This document shows positions 52,135-64,000 of a stretch of 64,000 bases of DNA, piece by piece. The translations under genes and the position numbers were made by a program. Below the pieces are notes generated by a model. It worked only from the letters and a program-made list of their open reading frames with translations. It made no database searches and was not told where the DNA came from. Numbering within the stretch: position 1 is the stretch's first letter; each line of letters opens with the position of its first letter. This DNA comes from Bugula neritina (lineage: Eukaryota; Animalia; Bryozoa): contig OZ037772.1 of assembly GCA_964035545.1 (NCBI GenBank), forward strand, positions 124,001-188,000, read 5' to 3'.

Positions 52135-53235
52135 CAGTGGTTCCAAACCTTCTTCATACCATATCATCCCCCCTTCCATAACTGTTTACTATTAAGTTCC
52201 CCTCTTTCTAAAAGTGCAATTTATGAATGATAGGCATAATATACAATAGAAGTCTATATTTGTTCTAGTATATTTGATTATAATATAAGATTATGATTAT
52301 TATATTATGCATGTAAAAAGCACAGAGCAGTTCAATTATTAATATGATGGCTGAAACTGGTTAATTTGTGCTGCAGCTTGCTTAAGTTTGACTGGGGTTT
52401 TGACAAGCTGTATATTGTAGGTCACTTTGCAGGTCAAGGCAGTTTATTTGCTGATTCCTAACCATTAGCATATTAATTGAAGGAATCCTATCTTATATAA
52501 AAACGTGGTGCTGAATGGCACTAAAACTGTTAGTGTATTGTCAGCAATGTGTGGGTAGAGTTTGCTTGTGGAAACACAGAATTCATCAAATCATCCTTCA
52601 CTGTAAACCAGCTCAATGACACTCTCATGTAACTCTCTTATGAAGGTAGCTCAGGGAAATACTGTTAAATAATGGTAAAAGTTCAAATATATTCGCAGAA
52701 ATGCTTTTTGAAAGATATCTCTGAAACAGGTTCTTTTTCTAATAATTTATTGAGTGTGAGGATAGTTGTATCACAGAATTGTGTCAAGGTCACAACTTGA
52801 GTTCAGCTTTGAAAAGATTGATGCTGCCATAATGAAGAGTGATGATGTGATGATTGTACTGGAACACAGGAAATATATCCACTATATGTATGCAGTGTGT
52901 ATAGTTTATAGAAATGAGCTTGCATTGCTGCTTAAACTTCCTGTTGGTTTTGCTTCCAATTCAAACTTCTGAACCTTCATTCGTAGTAGGAGGGGTATAG
53001 CAGCGAGGGTAGAGTGAATAATAGACACATGGATGTACAAGTAAACTTAGATTGTAGAGTGTAGTGTGGATAAATATATGAACTACATAAAATGAAGGAG
53101 TTATAGTTATACATATGCAGTACATGTAATCTTGAAAACAAGGCAAGAGCTCAAAGAGCTGGTAACAAACTGTGAAATTTTTAGAAATAGAAATCTTCCC
53201 TAAAAAAGCCCAAATTCATCACTATTGGGAAGATC
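52135..53235 (-). mobile_element. Longer inverted member of the same hAT relic family
   Basis: Starts CAGTGGTTCCAAACC; reverse-complement similarity to ~3860-3910 and ~1010-1410. Confidence 0.55.
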
Positions 53236-53348
53236 TGGTCTAGCTGAGCTAAGGTGAGGGGAGGTGAGAGAGTAACCAAGTTCCAGTGTATAATATTCAT
53301 CATTATAGACTGACAAGAGCATCTCATTTGTATGTTGGTTAATATACA

Positions 53349-54603
53349 ATAATATACTGTATAACATAGTATACTGTATAACATAACTTACTGTATAACA
53401 TAGTATACTGTATAACATAGTATACTGTATAACATAATATACTGTATAACATAACTTACTGTATAACATAGTATACTGTATAACATAATATACTGTATAA
53501 CATAATATACTGTATAACATAACTTACTGTATAACATAGTATACTGTATAACATAATATACTGTATAACATAACTTACTGTATAACATATTATACTGTAT
53601 AACTTAATATACTGTATAACATAGTATACTGTATAACATAGTATACTGTATGACATAATATACTGTATAACATAATATACTGTATAACATAATGTACTGT
53701 ATAGCATAATATACTGTATAACATATTATACTGTATAACTTAATATACTGTATAACATAGTATACTGTATAACATAGTATACTGTATGACATAATATACT
53801 GTATAACATAATATACTGTATAACATAATGTACTGTATAACATAATATACTGTATAACATAGTATACTGTATAACATAATATACTGTATAACATAGTATA
53901 CTGTATAACATAGTATACTGTATAACATAACATACTGTATAACATAACATACTGTATAACATAATATAATATTGTATAGCATAGTATACCGTATAACATA
54001 ATATACTGTATAACATATTATACTGTATAACATAATATACTGTATAGCATAATATACAGTATAACATAATATGCTGTATAACATAGTATACTGTATAACA
54101 TATTATACTGTATAACATAATATACTGTATAACATAGTATACTGTATAGCATAGTATACTGTATAACATAATGTACTGTATAACATAATATACTGTATAA
54201 CATAATATACTGTATAACGTAGTATACTGTATAACATAATATACTGTATAACATAATATACTGTATAACATAGTATACTGTATAACATAGTATACTGTAT
54301 AACATAATATACTGTATAACATAATATACTGTATAACATAGTATACTGTATAACATAGTATACTGTATAACATAGTATACTGTATAACATAATATACTGT
54401 ATAACATAGTATACTGTATAACATAATATACTGTATAACATAATATACTGTATAACATAGTATACTGTATAACATAGTATACTGTATAACATAGTATACT
54501 GTATAACATAATATACTGTATAACATAATATACTGTATAACATAGTATACTGTATAACATAGTATACTGTATAACGTAGTATACTGTATAACAAAATATA
54601 CTG
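53349..54603. repeat. 17-bp minisatellite, copy B
   Basis: Same unit as 10561-11380, longer array. Confidence 0.97.
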
Positions 54604-54769
54604 AGCTGAATTAAAACAGTTTTATATATTTTGCATTTCCGCTTTTATAATATCCAAATTGGTGACGCTGTTTAAAACAAACGTCTGTAGGCGAGCAGTA
54701 AAGTTTAACGCTAACATCATTTGCTAATAATATTTTGCACTCGCAACACACGCACTGTGTGTGGCAGGT

Positions 54770-55125
54770 CACTAGCGTGGAATTCTCACACTTCGCTCTT
54801 TGCGTTTGTTGAGAGTGGATAACTCCGGTTGTTTCAAAATTACATATTTCTCATAGCTACATAAGTTACATCTGTTGATTAGGTTTGAGTATGATTTACA
54901 AATTTTTAAAATGATCCATTTTAGGCTGAATTTCGTGTTGTTTTTGTTTTAAATCCCGGATGTGTCTGCTGAGTTGTGTGCTGTTGGCTTTATCTGCATG
55001 TAGGAAAGAGGCTTTATGGTTGTTGAGTCTGGCTTTGAAGGTAGTTGAACAGAGTCCTATGTATGATTGGCTGGAGTTATTGGCATGTCTTGTCACAGTT
55101 GCTTGGTATATTAAGTCTTTGCAAA
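54770..55125 (-). mobile_element. Penelope-like element GIY-YIG endonuclease fragment
   Basis: LIYQATV...YIGLCSTTFKARLNNHKASF...LSRH, then frameshifted CNLCSYEKYVI...LNKRKE. Confidence 0.8.
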
Positions 55126-55840
55126 CCTCATTATATATTAATAACTTAATGCCATTTGCTTATATACTTCATAGCAGCCAAAGTAAAATTTAAAATGTTG
55201 ATATGGTCAACACAGTTGGAACTAAGTGACTAAAACATATGTTAAATTCCATTTTAAACTAACAATGTCTAATTTCAGGATGAATAGGTTAAATAATCAG
55301 ATCTGAAAACTGCAGCTTATCAGAAATCTGTGACCAACTTTAGTACTATAATAATTTGATGATGAAATTTACAAGCTGAGAAGTAACTTGCGTAGCACCT
55401 TATGGTAAAATATATTTTGCAATATCAGAGAAATGATTAGATTAAATGAATTTAAAAATGCAGCACCAACAGAATTACTAAATTAACAACAGTTTCTAAA
55501 TATATAAAGTCATAGGGAGGGGCGTTACACCCCCCCCTACCTCATTCTAGAATTACTACTCACAATCTCAGGTTATGGTGGAATAATTAAAAAACAGCAT
55601 AAACCCTATAGCTAAACTCCTCCAAATTTATATGTACAAAAATCACCATCACTGCCTTGGAAGTCTCGGATAAATTTATTTAGAGTAATCAAATATTTCA
55701 GTTAAAAATTAGGTTATATAAGAATCAGACTGCTGGTCTCAGCCAACCAACATTGATTGCATTCTCTGATTGGCCACTGATTCTCAAATTAGGGACAGTT
55801 TTAAAAAATCAGCCAAATAACACTGTTGTTAGATATGAGT

Positions 55841-58800
55841 CTATGAAAAGCAGACTTCTCCAAGCTGAACCCCAAACTCTTTGTGGGTGGTCCCGATGTC
55901 ACCAGGAGCAATGTCAATAATAGGCAAGTGGGTGACGGTCTTGGTGTCAATCTCAATCACTGTCTGAGCTTCTGATGATTTGGAATACTACAAAATGGCA
56001 GGGGGCACACTCAAAACTCTAAACTTGCACAGAAATCAAAGTGCTTTTGGGTTGAACTCATTAGTAGTTGTTAAAAAGCCTCAAAGGCAAGCTATATTGT
56101 ATATCAATACAAAAAGATGCAACTATCGCAATCATGTTCATATGTAGGTAGAATTTACGCTATATAGGTTAGATTTACACTTTATAGGTCAGATTTACAC
56201 TATATAGGTCAGGTTTACATTATATAAGTCAGATTTACACTATATAGGTCAGATTTACACTGTATAGGTCAGATTTACACTATATAGGTCAGATTTACAT
56301 TATATAGGTCAGATTTACAGTATATAGGTCAGATTTACAGTATATAGGTCAGATTTACAGTATATAGGTCTTATTTACACTATACAGGTCAGATTTACAT
56401 ACCTTGCAATCAGCCTGCAGCACTGAATATTGGAACCTGCTGACTGTTACTGTGTATTCTTTATCACCAGCTGTATATAAAATGACTGACTTATTCTTCC
56501 CACCACATGCGTCTTCTACTGCTACTGAGTTTATACATCTACAATCAGCAAAGGGAATAGTCATACCAACAACTTGCTAATCTTAAGAAGAAGCCAGAGA
56601 TTGTTCAGATTATCAAGTGACTAGCAACATAGTAGAGGACTAGTATCTGGTGACTAGCAACATCCATACAGGAAACCAACACGTTACTATAGCGACAATT
56701 CTCAACATAAAACTTTTGAATATTCTAGCAACATTTAACTGGAGAAATGAACTAAATAGGTGACTCATCAAACAAGAATGTCAATCATCAATGCTAGGAG
56801 GAGAAATACATTATAACAGCTGTCTTTATTTTTATTACAATAGTTTCTAACAGTTAATTATAAAATTGTTTGTCTGCAAATTAAACATACAAACAATTTG
56901 AAACAGGTCCATCATTTGAGTTCCAAAACAGCATTTAAAAGAGCCTTTCCACTACAAAGCAGGCAACATCAAAGCACATCATGACTATTACTCACTGAGG
57001 TACATATTATAGAGCTCATTGTTGGCGCCTGCATCATCTGCTTGTACACCTTTACTGTTGGACATCATTGCACTCATCATCATAGGGGGCGCACCTAACA
57101 TAACCCATGGTAGAATCAAATAAAAGCTTCAATCACAGGCTATGAATGAAATTCCCAAAAGATCATCAATACACAGTTGAAAGAAAATAAAAAAAGATAC
57201 AAGTAATGAACAATGATTCAGTTTTACTAATAACTAACCAAATACTGGGCTTTACCAGGAGGTCCAGGACTGCCAGGACTACCCATTTCCCCATCTCTCC
57301 CTTGTTCACCCTAGAAATACAGACTATTGGTTTATTACAACTAAACTAACAAGATGAATAACAATAACCTGCTGACAGTGTAAGTGCATGCGTGTGTGAG
57401 CGTGAGTGTAAGTTTTTACCTTAGCACCATCAGGTCCAGGTGGACCCATAGCACCAGGAGAACCAGTTATTCCTTGTTTGCCATCAGCACCCAGTAGCCC
57501 GGGTGGTTCAGCAATACCAAGTGATCCGACATCTCCCCTTGCATCATAAATACCGGGAGATCTGGGAAATTCCTGAGGTTCCTGGAAACCAGTGGGTCCT
57601 ACAACAGCAGCACCATTCATATTATCATGAGTTAGGAATTGCCTTATCTTCTTACCAGGTAGGATAACTCTTTGAGTCCAGAAGCACCCTGTGGCCCAGC
57701 TGGCCCCTATAGTAACGAATATATTTAGGAGACACACCTTAGCTGTGAGATATTAGTGAATTATATTTTCTGCAATATTATTGTATTGTATAACATATTA
57801 TATTATGGTGTATTATACTGCACTGTTATGTAATATATTACATGATGTGGTGTCACTGAAGCAACTCTAGTATTAACATAAATAAACTAAAACAAATAAA
57901 CAACTACAGGATTGACTAGTGGAAAACCAGAGAACTGAAATAAATAGAAAACTGAATAAAGAATGTTCCTGCCTTATCACCCTTGTCTCCTTGAGCACCT
58001 TCAGGTCCCTGGTTACCGGGGATTCCCACTAGACCCATGGAGCCAGGAGATCTTCGAACGCCCTGCTCCCCATGTTTACCATCAGCACCCGGTACTCCAG
58101 GTAAACCGTCTCTGAAAAAATTGATAACAAATTATAAAAACTAAATCAAATAAAAAGTTCCAAGAAGCTGAATAGGGTAGAGTAAAGCACAAAAAATACC
58201 TTTCATCAGATCCGGGTTCTCCAGTGACCCCCCTTGAGCCGGTTGGACCAGGCATACCAGTTCGTGCAGTTTCTCCTGTCTTTCCATTTCTGCCATCCAG
58301 ACCGGGTTCTCCAGCTTGTCCGACAGGTCCTATGAACCAAGCAGCACCAGTATGCATTACAAGTGGTCATTTATTAATTCTGGAACACCACATTTCTCAA
58401 CATTTCTGGTATATTTCTTTGTTTTCTTGTTTTTACTAAGACAATGCATCATGTGGCAAACAATATGGTAAAAATGATCCATGAAAACCAGTCAGAGTAA
58501 CTATCATACACAGTAATCCTGCCAGTTGAAGTAACAAGCACTGCTGGGATTCAATATGATTACTTAGCCTACTCCCTGCCTTAGTGCAGACTAGCTGTGA
58601 GGAGAACCCCAGCATATAGCATATCTGTGAGGGAAACCCCAGCATATAGAATATCTGTGAGGGAAACCCCAGCATATAGCATAGGTGTGAGGGGAATTCC
58701 AGCATATATAATAGCTGTGAGGGAAACCCCAGCATATAGCATAGCTGTGAGGGAAACCCCGGCATATATCATAGGTGTGAGGGGAATTCCAGCATATATA

Positions 58801-61762
58801 ATAGCTGTGAGGGAAACCCCAGCATATTATAGAATACCTAAAAAGAACAGAAATACACAAGCAAGGGTGAGTAACTCCTCATTCTCACCTGCAGGACCTT
58901 GATCTCCTTGTTTACCCTGATATCCTATCTCAACAGGTCCAGGTACTCCGTCTCTACCTGTAATCACCCATTGATATCATCACAACAGGTGCAACTAGTT
59001 TTCAACTTGATTTCTATGTTGCTATAATAAACAGTGTGACTGGTCACTATAGAATAGCCTACTAGAAATCTGCTCCCTAAATAAAGGTCAAATTACAAGA
59101 GAGAATGGAGACGGCATGACGCAGGGTAGTTATAAGTTCGTAGTAAGTTTAGTCTGTCTGCACCACTGTGTAGTTTAGTCTGTCTACAGCCCTGTGTAGT
59201 TTAGTCTGTCTGCACCCCTGTGTAGTTTAGTCTGTCTACACCCCTGTCTAGTTTAGTTTGTCTACACCCCTGTCTAGTTTAGTTTGTCTACACCCCTGTG
59301 TAGACCATAATCAAATAATCCAAAGCTCTCTGAAAAAACCAAAATGCTCCAAGACAGAGTTTTTTCCTTTTTCCACGTAACAAACATAAAATAACGAAAA
59401 CGAAAAAGATCCCAACATAACTTGACAGATTAAACTCAATTGAGCGTAAAAATTACCTGGTTCTCCAAAAAGTCCGGTATCTCCTGAAAAACAAGGTGGT
59501 CTCCTTTCTCCTGCATCTCCAGGATTGCCGGATATACCAGGCAGGCCATCAACATCGGGTGAACCCTCCCTCTCCATCAGTTCTGTAAGATCCCGGGTGT
59601 CTTTTGGGACCCATTCTCCCTTTCTGTTCCCTGCAAAACAAGATTAACCTATAATACAAGTAGGCATGGCCCTGCAGAACAGAACAGAGTAGCCAATCAC
59701 ATCACTACTCTGATATTATCAAGCCAATCACATCGCTGCACTGGAATTGTTAAGCCAATATTCTCAATACAATATTCAGGCAATAGTAAACTGTACAATG
59801 CCAAACAACAGTTTATTTTAAACTTATTACCAAAATAAAGTTCACTTCTAGTAAAAACATGGTGGAGAATACATCTAGACCTTGAACAATAAAAGTATGA
59901 GCTCCATAATAAACCAGGGTTGGGGTCAATTACATGTGAATGTAATTAATTACAATTACATGAGAATTTGTCAATTACAATTACAATTATAATTACAGTT
60001 GAAATAAATGTAATTAATTACAGTACAAAATTACATTGTAAAGCAATTAATTACAATTACATGGCAATGCAAATAATTACAATTACAATTACTTTTGTTC
60101 TCACAAAGGACAAATGGAAGTTATGCAATTTCACCTCTAGGGTCCACCTAGCAGGGGCAATTTTGACAGGGGTGAACGTGCTTTGTTCGCAAAAGTGATA
60201 CTATACTACATTGACTTAATCTGTACTTGTTATTTAACAGTAGTCATGCTAAAAAAGAATAAATTTCTTAAGATTTTAAGATTTAAAAGTTTAAAGTAAT
60301 TGAGATGTAATTGTAAAGTAATTGCAAAAATCAATTACATTAGATATGTAATTAATTACAATTACATATGAGTCATTACTCAAGTCACTAGCAGGATATA
60401 TAGACACCACTTTGGTTGTGGCTACAAGAGATGTAGAATATCTTGTCGAGCAACTAACAGTGCAAGTTATTATGACTAGCAAACTGTTACTGTAACTATA
60501 CTAACAGAGTAATTATACTAACAGAGTAACTATACTAACAGAGTAACTATACTAACAGAGTAACTATACTAACAGAGTAACTGTACTAACAGAGTAACTA
60601 TACTAACAGAGTAACTATACTAACAGAGTAACTATACTAACAGAGTAATTATACTAACAGAGTAACTATACTAACATAGTAACTATACTAACAGAGTAAC
60701 TATACTAACAGAGTAACTATACTAACAGAGTAAGTATACTAACAGAGTAACTGTACTAACAGAGTAACTATACTAACAGAGTAACTATACTAACAGAGTA
60801 ACTGTACTAACAAAGTAACTATACTAACATAGTAACTATACTAACAGAGTAACTGTACTAACAGAGTAACTTACCATCATTCTGTAGGTCCAGCCGATCA
60901 TCAAAGAGTCTGTCCTGCTCAGCATCAGAAAAATCTGGATCGTTGAGAGGATAAAGCTGATAGCATATGTTGGATATGCATTCAGTAAACTCAGATCCAC
61001 ATTGTTCATTTTCAGTACAGTCTATTAATAGAAACAAAACTCTATAAATAGCGAACTAGTCACTAAATAACCTCACATATCTCACATACACCACATATCT
61101 CTATTTTTGACAATTGACTCACAGTATAAGTGATATCAGTTAGTCATGACTCACAGTATAAGTGATTTCAGTTAGTCATGACTCACAGCATAAGTTACAG
61201 CAGCTACTTGGACTCGCAGTATAAATTATAGTAGGTAGTCATAACTCATAGTATGAAAGTCATCAATAACTCGCAGTGTAGGTCATAGCGACTACTCACC
61301 TGACAGCCTTCTTTACAGACACCATGGCGACAGATTTGTCCATCACTAGGACAGGCTGTACACGGATAGAAGCACCTGCAAAAAATGCTGATAATCACAC
61401 CGAGTGTGATGCCTCGTTTCTACTGAAAAATCGCAAACCAAAATATGTAGAAAATAAAGCAAATTCAGCTTTAAGGTTACACTCTGTTACGTAAATACAT
61501 AACAAAAATCATTCAAAAATCCTGGCCAGCACAGATATAAGTACAACAGAAAGCAACACTTTTAAACTCTAATAGAGTTTAGAACAAAGATTTCGCATTC
61601 AAACCTGAAGAACGTTCTACTAGTTCTGAGTGATAAAGATCATAAACAACAGTTCTGTCATCTGGTGAGGCCTGCTGATAACATCTTTTCTCCAAACAGA
61701 TCTGCAGCTTCCCACAGTCTCTGTCAAGGTCACATACCCCAACACAGGCACCACACTCGCAG
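55841..61762 (-). pseudogene. Fibrillar collagen alpha-chain pseudogene, copy B
   Basis: Terminal exon 55841-55987 (TVIEIDTKTVTHLPIIDIAPGDIGTTHKEFGVQLGEVCFS*) and exon 56403-56538 (CINSVAV...RFQYSVLQADCK) match the COLFI C-terminus. Telopeptide exon 56996-57094 (KGVQADDA). Gly-X-Y exons at 57.2-59.6 kb have broken triplets and frameshifts; the first half of COLFI is absent. Confidence 0.85.
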
Positions 61763-61931
61763 GTAACATAAACTGGTAACATAAACTAGTAATATAATTT
61801 GGTAACATAAACTAGTAATATAACTTGGTAATATAAACTAGTAATATAATTTGGTAACATAAACTAGTAATATAACTTCGTAATATAAACTACTAATATA
61901 ACTTGGTAATATAAACTAGTAATTTAATTAA

Positions 61932-64000
61932 AGAATCCCTGACACACTTTACTTATATAGCATGAAAATATTCATCTATATCTTAGCTATCAATTAAGCA
62001 TCCCTTTAAGGGTGGATGGCTATACTATTTCATTTTATAACAACTTTAGTGCATGCATGTCCAAAAAACTTTCGGATTTCTAAGCTCTCAGTGCACACGT
62101 ATTACGCCGGTTTCCGGTCTGCTTCGAGTCCTAGTTACCTTATAACTAATAGTAATAATTGCATACTTTCGCAGCGTGTTATTTTTAGCCACTGCAACAC
62201 ACAGATAAATCACTATACTGACATAAATTTTAAAACACAGAGTACAACTAATGCTCAATGAAAAAAACAAATGATACCATTTTATTATTGATATTAGAAG
62301 CTTAAGTTACTTCCGTTAGAAATTTTGAGCATCGGAAAAATGAAATAGCCTCACCCTCACGATGTAATTAGAACGGGTGGCTAAGTACGGTGATAACACG
62401 ATATTGTTAAAAGAAATTAGCTAAATCCAACGAGTGGCAAACTTTTCTATAAAACCTTACAAATAATTGCATGTAACTTATTACGCTTCCAAATAGATTA
62501 TCATTACCGTAACCGGATATTACCAATATAACCTGTGCCTAGTAGTACTACTACTAGTAGTAGTCGCTCGCTATCTATATAAATTCGATTTCATATTCAT
62601 ATTGCCATTGGACTCTAATGAACAAACTTATTACCTATATTACTAGTTACACTTGCACTTACTGTCGGCATGACTACACGAATGGCTTCAAGTTCTAAAG
62701 GCAAATGCAAAAGAAGAGTGTGTGAAGCTGCAAAGTGCAATGTGTTCGTACAAGGAAAAACACATGTTTAAATGGCCTGCTGATACTGTGTGTGGTGAAA
62801 AATGGACCAAGTTTGTCAATACGAAAAGAAAAAACTTTCTGCCTGATAACTCTCGTTTGTGTTTTCAGCATTTTGGTGATGAACAATTTACAAATATGGG
62901 CATGTATAAAGCAAAACTCATTAACATGTAAGTGAACAACTCACTCAAACTCATAGTGATACTGACTTAGTGATTGTGATAGAATTAGACGATAATGATA
63001 GTTTTTTTAATGTTGATTTTCAACAATAAGTATAACTACAACTATTAAGTATTACTACAAGTTGGTATAAGTCAATAGGATTGTCATGACCGTGTTGATT
63101 CAATTTCATGTGACTATGACATAAACTTGCAAGTACAAGTTTGCATTTATGATTTACACGATAACCATTATTGTAAGGAAATTCATTTATAATGGCGATA
63201 ATATGAAAGACTTATGATTATCAGAATGTGTCATAGTCACTTGGATACATCCCATTAATATTATGATTCATACGCACTGATACTCATGCTATGAGTATGA
63301 TACTGGTAATGGTGCCCATCATCAATACCAGTAAAAATTAATGGTAAATATTGTTCACTTAGCTTATTGAAAGAATAAAAATTCATTGTCTTTGATTTAC
63401 TCTTTAGATTGCATTTAGAGAAAACAGCAGTCCCAACTATTCATTTAGTGGAAACTGAGGGTGCAACTGGATGCACTCCATTAACTCCTCGGAAACAAAG
63501 TCAGCAGGCAGCCACTATCACACCTAAAGAAGCTCGCTGGTTAAAAAGATCAGACCCTGGTTTTCTGTAAGGATTATAATATTGAAAATGCGATCTTGAG
63601 CAATAAAATTGAAATATGATATAGACAGCAATTGAGATTTTCTGCAGCTGTTTCAATAATACTTTTCCATTTACCTTCATATATAATAATATTTTAGAGC
63701 TTTGCCAAGTCAAACTAAAAAACCAGCTCTCAATCTTAAGCCAGAAAAGAAGGGCCTACAGAAAGGAATAGGACACAATAAATATGTGCAAACACCTAAA
63801 AGGATGCAGAAAAAGATTAGAAGCAAAGCTGTTCAATGCTGGTATATAGAAATATGGCGAAATAGTATTGTTCACTTAGCTCAAAAACTGAATTCATAGC
63901 TTTTCTCCATATTTATTTTTATTTAAAATGCATGTTCTAATGCAACAAAAAAAACAAATATTTTTGTGTAATGGAAATAATATTTTTAATTTTCCACCTC
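61932..64000 (+). mobile_element. Probable Kolobok-type DNA transposon, left part
   Basis: Homology to copy A (~20677) stops exactly at TTAA (61928-61931). The new sequence starts AG and contains a THAP gene. The right end lies outside the window. Confidence 0.6.
62670..63841 (+). CDS. Spliced THAP-domain gene (probable transposase N-terminus). Exons 62670-62927, 63408-63566, 63698-63841, continuing; apparent 1-nt frameshift in the A-run at 62756-62760
   Basis: CEAAKC...FKWP...W...RLCFQHF, with the AVPTI box in exon 2. Phase-2 GT-AG junctions are consistent. Confidence 0.75.

Larger units (their letters stand above)
43194..61931 (+). repeat. Segmental duplication copy B
   Basis: Direct copy of 1-20677 with copy-specific insertions and deletions. 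Confidence 0.95.

Overview
AT-rich, intron-containing animal (invertebrate) genomic DNA, not prokaryotic. The window holds two diverged direct copies of a segmental duplication (A ~1-20.7 kb, B ~43.2-61.9 kb). Each copy carries a minus-strand RING/B-box/coiled-coil/beta-propeller (TRIM-NHL-like) gene and a decayed fibrillar collagen gene. TRIM copy B is complete (7 coding exons, ~621 aa); copy A runs off the left edge. Between the copies lie an intron-retaining, truncated valyl-tRNA synthetase pseudogene, an orphan inverted TRIM last exon, and a young, intact 4.3-kb Ty3/Gypsy retrotransposon (identical 271-bp LTRs, ACCGG TSD) inserted into the terminal inverted repeat of a MITE. The most unusual signal is the retrotransposon's primer-binding site: it has no TGG/CCA match but is exactly complementary to nt 1-12 of tRNA-Phe(GAA), suggesting priming by a 5' tRNA fragment. 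The right end holds a TTAA-inserted element with a spliced THAP-domain gene (probably Kolobok). The rest is MITEs, LINE and Penelope relics and many minisatellites. Exon structures were read by eye; no database searches were run.
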